Notes under the pieces: generated by a model | Seen by the model: only the letters and a program-made list of their open reading frames with translations | The model's database searches: none | What the model was told of the DNA's origin: nothing | Made by a program: the position numbers and the translations under genes | Shown here: one piece after another, positions 17,701 to 29,700 of the stretch | Layout: each line of letters opens with the position of its first letter | How positions within the stretch are numbered: the stretch's first letter is position 1 | Assembly (NCBI RefSeq): GCF_964355755.1 | Contig: NC_092671.1 | Location: 15,438,001-15,502,000, forward strand | DNA length: 64,000 nucleotides | Direction of reading: 5' to 3' | DNA from: Antedon mediterranea | Lineage: Eukaryota; Animalia; Echinodermata

Positions 17701-20700
17701 AAGGCCAGTAAGTAGCCTAATCGTACAGTAGAATGCTTATGAAACAATCATAACCCAAGTTAAAGTTTTGGGTGGAGCCACTTCTTTCACTGTAGTAGTT
17801 CCTACTCTTGGTTTACCTTTATATGTTTAGTTATATCTGCTTGGTTTAGTGTTCCATTGACAATGAATGATGCTTGTTTTTATATTCAGGTAACTGCTAA
17901 TGGCTATGCCCAATATGATGTTCTTGGGGCAAGCTTCTCTGAGAGAAGTGCAAGTGATCTTGGCGGTGCATCTAGTGTTATTGTGGAATGTGAATGGGAA
18001 GATGTGGAAATAATGTTAGAGGTACCACATTGTGCTAAATGCAAGCTGGTGAGTATCCTTAAAGAACAGTACCCAGCTACTTTATCATTTATAGGTATAA
18101 CATAATGAGAACATGTATAATTCCAAAATAGTGAAGGGGATAGAGATTTCTAAAATTCTAAATTGCGTGCAATCAAAATTCTTATGCAGGAACCATTTAA
18201 TTAGAATGTTCTAGTGATAAGAATTTAATCCTAATTTAGGTTATTTTATAGCAAAATTTTGAATTTTAAAAGTTGTATCATTTAGTAATTTTTGTTTTGT
18301 GTTTCAGAATATAAATGCTGTACCAGGGGATAGTAGGATTACTAGCTACAAATTGTATCAAGAATTACAAATGCTAAAGGTAATGTATTGTTACTGTCCC
18401 ACCTTTCATTTATTTATAGCTTAATACAGTGCAGCACACTGGCCAATAATCGCTTGGATTGGAGTATTTTAAATGCGCTATGTCGCAAAACGTTCATTGT
18501 TCGTGGTGATGACAGGTCATTCCTACCTAAAGATTTTAAATAGCCGAAGGCTAGATAGCAAACTCCAATGTTATCGAAGTTCAAAAAGTGATTCTCCATG
18601 GAGAGGGAACCAAGAAGATGGTAGCTGCAATCTCCAGTCAGATATGCCCTACGCAATACACACTACTATGCACCTGTGTTGAGCTTATCTGCGCGAGAAC
18701 GATACGCAACGCAGCGTGTTAAGCGTATAAACGCGAACGCATTCTATATGATCCTCATATATAAAAAATGCTAGATTACCAAGCCTTCGGCTTATTACAC
18801 CTCTTTTCCTACCACATTTATATGTATTACATCTCACCCCTCCAACCCCCTCAATGGTAAAACATTTTTTATGCAGATTTAAACATTGGTATAGAGACCA
18901 ATCCACTACCTTTACTTTTTGTATACTCGTTTTTAAGTTTTGTTTTTCTTTGACGCACAGTTTGACACGTGTGCAACCGACATAATGGTGTCTATTTCCA
19001 AGAAAGATTTTTATTTATTTATTATCATCATTCGCGGTACTATACGTACCATTTATTTGTATCAACAGAATATATATATACATTATTTCTTTCACAAGAA
19101 TATTTCTATAAGTTTAATCTAAATCATAATGAATGGAAAACGTATTTTATACATGCAATGATATGCAATGAGCCGAAGCTCTTAAACGCATATTAGATTA
19201 TTATTATGTTCAATGATTAAATCAGTACCAAATCCAAACTTAATACCACAATAAAGAAAGTCTTAGAATTTATTTTAAGGGTTTTATAACTGGTATTGAG
19301 AAAGGAGAGGTAAAATGGGCGAACCACTACACTGATGAACATTCTACATTCTTCAAAACACTTGAGCAGCTTCTAGTAGAAGAAGGAAGTAATGGTAATG
19401 TTGGTAGAGTAGCTGAAGAAAAAGTAGGTGCACAATGGTAAAGGGTTATTACCATTTAACTATTCCTAGATATATATATATATATATATATAATCAAATG
19501 TGTTGCATAGCACTGTGTACATTTTATATATACTGTCAAATGATTGAAACAGTGCTCATATTCGGAACATTATCTCATAATCGCGTCAATCTCATCTTTG
19601 ATATAAAATTTTCGTTTTTAGTGAAGGTGAAGATAAACGTTGAAACTTACCAACGTTTCGTGCGTTAGCATCGCACTTTTTCAAGGTAGTGGTGTCAGCT
19701 TGGTTTGCCGACACTGATCATGGCATAGTCACGTGATGTTGTTGTGACATGCGCCCTCTCTGAGTTATTTCTTGAATACCTCTGGGTGAATCCCAGAGGG
19801 GTCCGCCCCGGCCGGCCGTCTCACTTCTAACAGGTCATCATATATGTGTGGCAGCCACCTTCCTCCTTGGTCTCTGTTCATGTTGTTTCCAGTTTTTCTA
19901 ATTGTAATTGCTTCTTGCCATCCTCTCTTGTTTATGTTTCCATCTTTCTTTAACACTTTCGCCTCCCAATTAGGTGTATGGTTTTCCTTTATAGCATGGT
20001 CTGTAATTGCAGATTTATGTGTAATGTTTGATGAGAGGGCGCATGTCACAACAACATCACGTGACTATGCCATGAAAAGTGCGATGCTAACGCACGAAAC
20101 GTTGGTAAGTTTCAACGTTTATCTTCACCTTCACTAAAAACGAAAATTTGATATCAAAAATATTTTGGGAAGGAGATGAATTTTTTCAATTTAATCTCAT
20201 CATCGACAGTTTTAGTTGTATGATAAATATATATATTTCTATCGACACGGTTGCATGTGTGTTATCGCTAATTTACACAGGCAGGCTACAACAGTAAGTG
20301 TTAAACAGTAAGCAGAAAACAATTCCTTATGACCATTTACACAAAACATGCAGCGATGGTGCAGTTGATTTCACAAGCAGAATAAAAAGCGGACTAAAAA
20401 ACATTTTCATGGTGCCACTAAACCTTCCACTGATTACCAATAAATGCATCTTTTTAGTTTGAACAGAAAACAATAGAAATATGTGTTATTTATGTGTTAT
20501 TATTTATATTCCTGTTTTCACCAGAAATTACAAGAAGACGAAGGACTTTGTGAGAAGTTTGATATCCAACAAAGGAATGATCTGGACTTCACAGAACGAT
20601 TATGGAACCATCTGAAGGATTCTAGAAACCTCCAAGAACTGAGGATGGCACTTCAAATGGTTATGCAGACACTGAAAACTGGAGACTTCTTTCCAGTGGT

Positions 20701-23700
20701 GAGTAAAGGCACACATTCCTGCAACAAGCTCTATATGATGTGTTTATTTATGGTTATAATGCTTGCCTATTAATCTTAGGTGAAGGGTTCAAAGTTTATG
20801 ACACTCCTATTTAAATGTGTTAAAAGCAACACAATCCTTTAAAAAATTCTAGCTTACAGTACTTTTACCAATAAAGAAGGCTGTTTATTTATATTTGCTT
20901 TTTTTATTTTATAGGTTCATGTACACAATGAGTCTAGGCTAGCAAGTCAAATCCGTGCCTGTTACCAACAACAAACCCCTCACCTGAATCTGGAGGCAGT
21001 CGAGCCTTTGGAAATACTCATTGAGATGGGCCTAGAAAAGTTGAGAAGAGACTATATCGACTATTTCATTAGTAAATAAATTTATAATCTATATACTGTA
21101 CAATATTTATTATTTACATTGACAGTTGATAGAAATAGTGTAGTTTCATGTCATGATCATGTCATGGTGATATAAAGGTAACCCTTTGTATATTACTGAA
21201 TTCAAATTCAGGGTCAAACATTCGATTCAGTCGATTTTTCTTCACATGTGAATTTGCTTGAGTTACTCCAAGGGAAACTTTTTCAAACTTTGCGCGAATC
21301 GATTCGCGTGTAAACGTTCAGTGTGAACCGACTGTAAATGAAATTCAGAAATATTGTAAAAGTGAAATACAATTACTGGTTTTATGTCTATTATAGTTTA
21401 TATGTTTGTTTAACATAAGTTAACAGAAAATTATTATAAATCATACAATAAAATTGATGTAAGGATTTACCATTGTTTTTAGGACATGAAGTGGTACTCC
21501 ATGAACAATTAGGATTCTTTTTAGAAAGCAAGATATCAACCCATGATCAAATTGAAAGGTTATGTAAAATGCATAATGTTCTTGAGCTTTTAGTTGTCAC
21601 AGCAATGCTGAATTTACCGCTACAGGACCAGCAGGCTCTTTGCAGGTAAGACAAGTTTTCGAAAAAGTTAAAGATCCATTCCCTACAATTGTTGACGTTT
21701 TGTAAAAATAATGCATATAATTATATATTACTTTAAGAACATTAAACCAGGTCATTTCTTAGATGTTTTATTGTAATTTATGATAAAAAGAGAGAAACAA
21801 TGCACTACCTAAGTAGGTTGCGGTGAATTTCCTCTCATGGACGGTCTTTAGGCCTAGCCTAGCTAGGCTTAGTTTTGAAGGCCTAGCTGGTAAACAATAG
21901 TAACGTACGTAGTCTAGTTGCTGCATTTTTGCCAGAATCCGTAATACAAATTGGGGGAAACCCGGTATTTTCGCTGAAAATCTTCCATTTATTTTGACCT
22001 TCACGATCGATCCAAAGTAGGTGTATCACAGAAGAAAAACTAAAATATCAATCCGTGCACAATGCCTGTTGGGATTTATAGCGGGCTGCTAACATTATTA
22101 GAATCAACTTATTTTTCACAATTCTAACCGTTCAAAGACGAAAAAAGTTATCTCAATAAGACCATGATAGTATTTATTTTTACGTTAAATGTAGTTTGTG
22201 AAAAATTAAATTAGATCTAAAAAACGTAGGAATTAATCTTAATTACAATACAATATTAGAGTTAAAATTTACATGATCAATTCGTTTGTAAAAGAGCAAG
22301 TTCGAAAACTAAATTTTCAAAATTGTTTGGTTTGTTTATAATAACTTGTAATTGTAGCTTTTGCGTCAGGGAGTTGAGTAATTAGATGTTTTGCCCTACT
22401 CTGATGTAATTTGTACTTTATACTATGTACATTTGAGAATACTTGCGAAAAAATTTGAGGTATGGATGCCAGGCTAATGATCTGGAGGTTGTGGGTTCGA
22501 GTCCCACCCGAGAACTACTTGCGAATTTTTTCGCAAGTATTCTCATATGTACTTAGTATAAAGTACAAATTACGTCAGAGTAGGGCAAAACATCTAATTA
22601 TTTTATTATAACTTGTCCACTATTAAGCTGTGCCTACACTATTATCAAAATAGTTTGAAAAAAGTGTCTTGTGCCCAAATATGGTAGTGATATGCTCAAA
22701 TATGGTAGTGATATGACATCATCATATCCATATGAGCACATCATATTTTTTTGTCACATAAAGTTTGATAGTGTAGACAGCGCTTTAGTTTCATATTTTA
22801 TAACAATCTGACATTTAAAGAACAGCACCATGATAGCGCAATACACAAACATGTAATAATGTATTGTGTTTTTGATCAGCACAAACTTAAACTACAGTTA
22901 ATTATTTTACTTGTCTTTGTAAGTCTTTAATGAAGTAGAAGATAACGAGTATTGTGATTCCCACATGTCTTTGATAAACAAAGTAATATCACTATAATGA
23001 CAATATGTTACGTAAAAACATCTTAGACAAGTCAACCATTAGTCAAAATAATTTACTTTGTATAGAAGACATTTTCCCTAGAGATTCACTAATTGAATCA
23101 CTTGTCGGCCATAATAATGTTTTTGAGAAATAATTCTTTGTGTATTCGGTCAGATTATGTTCATAACATTAATGTGCTGAGTGTCCAGCCAGATTATCAT
23201 CAATAACAATCATTATTTATGTATCTAGTCTTATCGTCCATAACAATAATTACTTGTATATCTAGTCTTATCATCCATAACAATAATTACTTGTATATCT
23301 AGTCTTATCATCCATAACAATAATTACTTGTATATCTAGTCTTATCATCCATAACAATATTTACTTTATATATATTACATCTAGTCTTATTTTCATAACA
23401 ATTATTAAATACTTTTGTTGTCGCAAATCGAATGCTCCCTATTGTGGACATGAAATTTAATTTGATCATCAAAAAGTTAAAAACTGAGATCTTCTGTACT
23501 GTCATGCTACATTCATTAGTAGGCTGCCAGCTAACCTTCATGTTTGACATTTAAGTGAGTGATTCTCAAACATACATGATAGCATGGTAGGCCAAATTTG
23601 TTAAAAAATGAAGTTTCATATTGCTTAGCAAATTTTGTGTCTACATGTCTTTTTTAATATTTTTTTTAATTTTTGTATTCGGTTTTGTTTGTTTGTTTTA

Positions 23701-26700
23701 ATGAATCACTTAATTTTTACTTTTCCTTTAAGTTTGATTAATAATGCATGCAAGTCAGGGTTCTAGGTTAAAATCCTTTCAAGTGTTTTTCATGATCTAA
23801 TGTTTCATAAATATTATTCTGTTAGGAATCAGGCTGTGGCATTTTTTCTGTTAATGGTGCTTACCTACCAATTTAATGATTTTCATTTCCAAAACAGAAA
23901 AAATCTTCACTGCCAATTATGGTATTGAAACATTTTGTATATGTTTAATTATATCAATTCTTAAATAGGGTTAGAAATTGAATAACATTATTAATACTGT
24001 TACCATCATCAGATCAATTTCCCTAATTAATTACATTGTCATTCTGGTTCAATTAACTCAGAAGTTAATCATTATTTTTGGTAACAAGATATTGATTAAT
24101 TTATTTATAAAATCCAGCCACTTTAAACAAAATTCAATTCTTATGAAAAAGTCAGGGATCAATAGAAATTTCCAAAAAGAAAAAAAAAGTGAGATTTATG
24201 ATTAATTCATATTTTTATGAATGAGGATACATTCTGTGTATGCATTATGTATGTTTCATGTGTGAGGCTACTGTATCTTTAATAGAAAATTGACCGTGAA
24301 GTATGGTAATTGTTACCATAGCAACAAGCATTCAGTCTTACGACATGGATGATCTTTTAATGGGTGCTGTAACTCAGAGCTTTTAATGGCCGTATAAAAG
24401 CAACGCCCACGTACCCGTACATGTTCCACAGGAAGTAAAATAATTAGAATATCGCAGCGCAGTATAATCTATTCCAATTGGTGATTGAGTATAACATTAA
24501 ATTGAGCCCTAATTAAACATTCAGTATTTATGTTTTTATTGTCTCAGTAGTAGTAGTTTAGACTCTTTTTTTTGTTATCTATTAAACCAATGAAAAACAA
24601 AATAATGAAGCCCTGATTTTTACTCGGAGTACCCGAGTCTAGGACTCTCTCATTTTCTCCACTTCCATACGACACTATTGAGTAAAAAGTGCGATTTATA
24701 AAGTACTACTCCTCCCTTATTGGCATGAATATACTACAGGGACATGTACTCAAAGCTATAGAGCCGGATTTTTTAATGTCAAACCGAATACAGCCATATG
24801 ACGTCTCGAGGATGGTACCGTATAGCCGTATTAACTATTTGGTAGCGAGGTTATTGATGTGTATGTGACGTCACATCCTGTCTTATGACGTCATTACAGC
24901 TTCTTTTGCTGTACCCCGAGTATCGCACATTCATGCTTGTTTTATTTGAACATACATTACATCTAAAACAGTATAGTGAAGGCTATTTCAAATCCCAGTT
25001 GGCTAGTGTAATTGCGACCTAATGAATTATATTTTATATTAAAAAACAATTTATGATCATGTTAAAATTCCTATTATTTATTAATATGAAAAATGTTTTG
25101 AAGAAAAGAATTAATTTTATTTTGTGTTTGGATCCAATATTGGAAATTTTCTCCAATCAAATTTTAAACATTCATTAAAAAGTTTTGATAAAGACTCTTA
25201 AGTCTTATTGTAATCTTTTATCAGAAACAATTAAATGAAAGAAAGATTCCTGTACCCTTTTACCTCCCAGTACAATTCTGGTCATTTTATGAAGGGGCGT
25301 GTGGCGCAGTGTGTTGGACATTGGATTACTGATTGTGACTTTGAATCCAACTCTCACCGCATTGCTTGTATCCTTGTGTTTGATCCAAAAAATTACCGAG
25401 GTAATATTGTGAAGGGCTTAGAAAGATTGTGCAATAATCGCTATATAAGAACGAAGATTATTATGTATAGATAAGTAAATAGCATTTGTATAACGAACGA
25501 ATTTGTATAACACGCTTTCTATATAATACAGATTGTGCAAGATCATTTATTTGAACATACATCACGACAATATAAATCATAATTTTTATCAAATCTCCCT
25601 CTGAGTTGTAATGCAGTCCCAAAACTAATTATGATGGTGGGCGTAATCTACCCACAGTTCTTAAAGTATCAACAACATTAACTTCTGATATTGTAGTTGT
25701 CTAAAAAAAATACATTATTTATAAAATATTGTATTAGATATTAGAAGTTGTTTACAGTTTTTTTAGGCAGAAATATCACATTTCTTTAGGAGTGTTACTG
25801 TTCTAAGAAATCTGAAAGAAAAGTTGTCTTTTATTTTCTGAAACTTGGTTTCCTAATATAGCATTTGGTTTTTTTTAAATTTATTTTACGTTTTCATTTA
25901 TAAAATGACTAAACATTTCATAGCTTAAATATCACAATTCTTCTAATATTTAATATTGATTTAAAATCAAATATAGATATACTAGTTTCTAAGTACAGTT
26001 AATTCATATAGTCATGTAATTACTCTTGTGGACAATGAACTCAATGATCAAAATAATAATGTATCTGATCGCCCATTAAGAAGCGCATTCAGTCTTAGTT
26101 CTCTATATTTCATACATAGTGTATAAAGAACATATCAGATCATTGTGTCCTAGTCACATATAATCAGGTTGTTTGTCCTGTGGGAGCTTCATATCCATTG
26201 TTCTACACCATTTTTCCGCTGACAGGCAGGTTATTGGCTCATCTCTGTTTATTTGTTTTATCTCTTGGTAAAGATTATGTCAAAAACTGAATGGACTAAA
26301 TTTTCACCATATACAGAGTTTTCACTGTTTATCCCTGGTGGCTGTCACAACTCTCTGCTCTTTGTTTTAATATATGCATCTAAAGTTTGGTTCCCATTAG
26401 GATGCAGCACAAGGACGTAAACGCAAGCAACATTTCAGATAATATAACACTTGTGATATTATTTATGTTGTGCTTACATCAATCCTTGCATTGCGTCCTA
26501 GTGGTAACCAAGCTTAACCGTGTAGTAAAAGAGGATTTCCCTGGTACAAGAGAAAGCTACTGTACACTGCAGGATATAACCTGGTGGTTATTAGACCATC
26601 AATATTCTCTGTGTTCCTGTTAAAGTGAATGGTTATAAGTTCCAAATAAACTTAAGCTCTGTCTACAATATCAAACTTTATGTGACAAAAAATGTGATGT

Positions 26701-29700
26701 GCCCATATATGGATAGACACGATGATGTCATATCACTACCATATTTGGGCACATTATACATTTTTGTCAAACTAGTTTTATAGTGTAGACAGAGCTTTAG
26801 ATCGATGATCAAAATAGAATTGAGAATAATATTCTTCTAATATATTATACATTCTTAATTTTAGCACTGTGGTTGTTATCATTTATTAATAAGTAGTTTG
26901 CTGTCAAAGTTAATGATCATAGTAATTTATTGCAGAATAATCCTTCAAAAAAAATAGAATATAAATAATCTTTTATAAAATAAAATTTAAATAGATTATA
27001 TTTTTTCCAACTATTAATATTTGAGTATAATGAATTACCAGTTTCTCTTTTCAGTTTTAGTATTTATCTGTTTTTATCAAATAAAATTGAAAAATGTCTG
27101 GTTATTTTTAGGCTTGGCCTGAAGTACTATGAAAAGTTTCCTAGCGATAGTAATCAAACGTTTCAGTTACCGGTAGAGGCTGGCCATCTATATGGAATCT
27201 ATTCTAAGTAAGTACTTTTTATGTACTTTTGATATCTATAAGTAAAGGCCAACTCAGACAGCGTTGTACAACGAAGCCCGACATAACATCTTGACGCTCG
27301 TCTGTGCTGTCTAGGTTGAATCCCGAAGAGTTAGTTATGTGGTCGTCGCGAGAACTTTAAACAAGTCTAATTTCCTCTTAGCGAGACGATTCATCGGGCC
27401 TCGTCGTACAACGCTTTCTGAGTTGGCCTTTACTTACTTGCCTACATGGGTTACTACAGTGTTGTAATAATAATAATAATAATAATAATATCCTGGATTT
27501 ATATAGCGCCTAATTTTGTGAAACTTCTAAGCGCTGAACATTATTACCCCAGTCATTTTTTTCTGATCAAACACATGGAAACATACTCCCATAATGCAGC
27601 TAGTAATCAGTACAAAGTTGTCTCTTTGATCTAACCGGGTTCCCATTTATACACCTGGGTGGAGAGAGGCAAACGTAAGTAAAGTATCTTGCCTAAGAAT
27701 ACAAGCCATGCGGCGAGAATTGGATTCGAACCTCGATCTAACGATTAGTAGTCGAACGTCCAACACACTTCGCCACACGCCCATATACAGACTTTAATAA
27801 AATGTTTTACCCCACTTTAGGTAAGTTACTGTACATCCTCCAAAAGACCAAAACGTGCACAATCTGAGAAAATGTTACATTTTTTCTAATAACATAATGC
27901 CTAAAGGCTTGTTAAGAACATGGTACATTGTCATTTTATGTGTTTTGATATATAAAACTCTCAAAATTTAATTTCAGTATACAGATTTATCATTTATGAA
28001 GTACGATACTTGGCATTTAATTATGTTAATTTTATGATGCAACAGAATAGTACAGACGTAATTAAAATTTGTAAAAAAACACCAAACCTTAATTATGTTA
28101 TTACATTTTAGTAGTGATTGCTTCAAGTGAACATTATTTGAATTAAATCGTGGTATTGTCAACTCTGTTGAAGTCAGTAAAACGAGCATGTTTGTTAGTA
28201 ATGAATGTTTCAGCCAAGGGAAGAAACAATATGAATGGTGACATAATGGAGGAGAATGTACACAGAGGTTAATTTGTACAAAAAGTTAAAGTGAGATATG
28301 AATTGACATTAGCCATAAATTAATGAATAATGCTTTAAAATAGATTAGCTGTGTTGAGAAAAAATATACTACATTTTACAAAGCAAGATTAGTATATTTA
28401 TGTATGTGATTATATGACTGGAGTCCTGGGTTCAAATCCTGTCAGGATCTTTTCTTGTGTATACAGTGTGTTTCTTATCTTGAAAATATTCTTTTTTCCA
28501 AACCAATAATTAGTAAAAACTAACCTTGACAGTTTCGCTGTCCTGATCGGACAGCTTCTTCAGAAATAATGACGATCTATCATCAAACAGACTGACCTCT
28601 AGAGGGCCTATTCTGTTTAATGACAGGGTCAAGGTTAGTTTTTACTAATTATTGGTTTGGAAAAAAGAATATTTTCAAGATACTTATACCTACAAACCAG
28701 ATGAACATTTTCAATCAGTGTGTTTCTTCTTTGAACAAATTTATGGGTATTCTTGGCAAGAAAAAGAATATATCAATGTACAATGAAAATACAGTAAAAC
28801 TAACAGTAAAGTACTATTAAGTAATAAGGGCGTGTGGGGCAGTGTGTTGAACATTTGACTGCTGAGCGTGATATGGAGGTTCAAATCCAACTCTCGTCGC
28901 ATTGCTTGCTTGTATCCTTATCCAAGATACTTTACTTACGTTTGCCTCTCTCCACCCAGGTGTATAAATGGGTACCTGGTTAGATCAAGACACAACTTTG
29001 TGTTGATTACTATCTGCATTATGGGAGTATGTTTCCATACACGATTGATCCAAAAAAATGACTGGGTTAATAATGTTCAGCGCTTTGAGGTTTCACAACA
29101 TTAGGCGCTATATAAATCCAGGATATTTTTATTATTATTATTAATTAGTTAAGAGTGGAGTACAGAGAGTTGTGACAATCTATAAGTGGTATGTGCGGAC
29201 AATAAAAAAAACATGATGAGCCTATTATCGTTCCTTGGCATGATCTGTGTATGGTTTCAGTCCATTGCGCTCTTTCACTTGGTAAACAAACCTCTTAAGA
29301 TTGTATGGTAATTTTGAAATAGTGGTAAAGGATATTATTAGGAAGGTTATGGGAAATTAATGATTTTGTTACCTCATGTTATAATTAGACTTAATTTAAA
29401 ATTCATCAGATCATCACTTTAAAACATTGGTTGTTGACACCAAAAGAGGAGTGATGATGTTAAAAGCAAATTTTGATTAACTAACATAAGTTCGCGAAGA
29501 ATTAATCAATTGTGTGTTATTCATGAATAAACCCAGGTATTAATGAATGTTACTGTAGTGTATTTTGGACTATATTTTTTACAATCATTCTCACACTGCA
29601 TATTCAATAATACATTTTTCATCAGGTTATGCCATAATTCATTTCATAGTAAATTACATGCAACTTTCCAATTTCATTCATTATTGATGATACTAGGATA

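Noticed and set aside
22470-22512. tRNA genes at B-box-containing segments (also 15213-15280, ~28416-28447 and 55505-55570)
   Set aside because: None folds into a complete cloverleaf; they are best explained as SINE heads.
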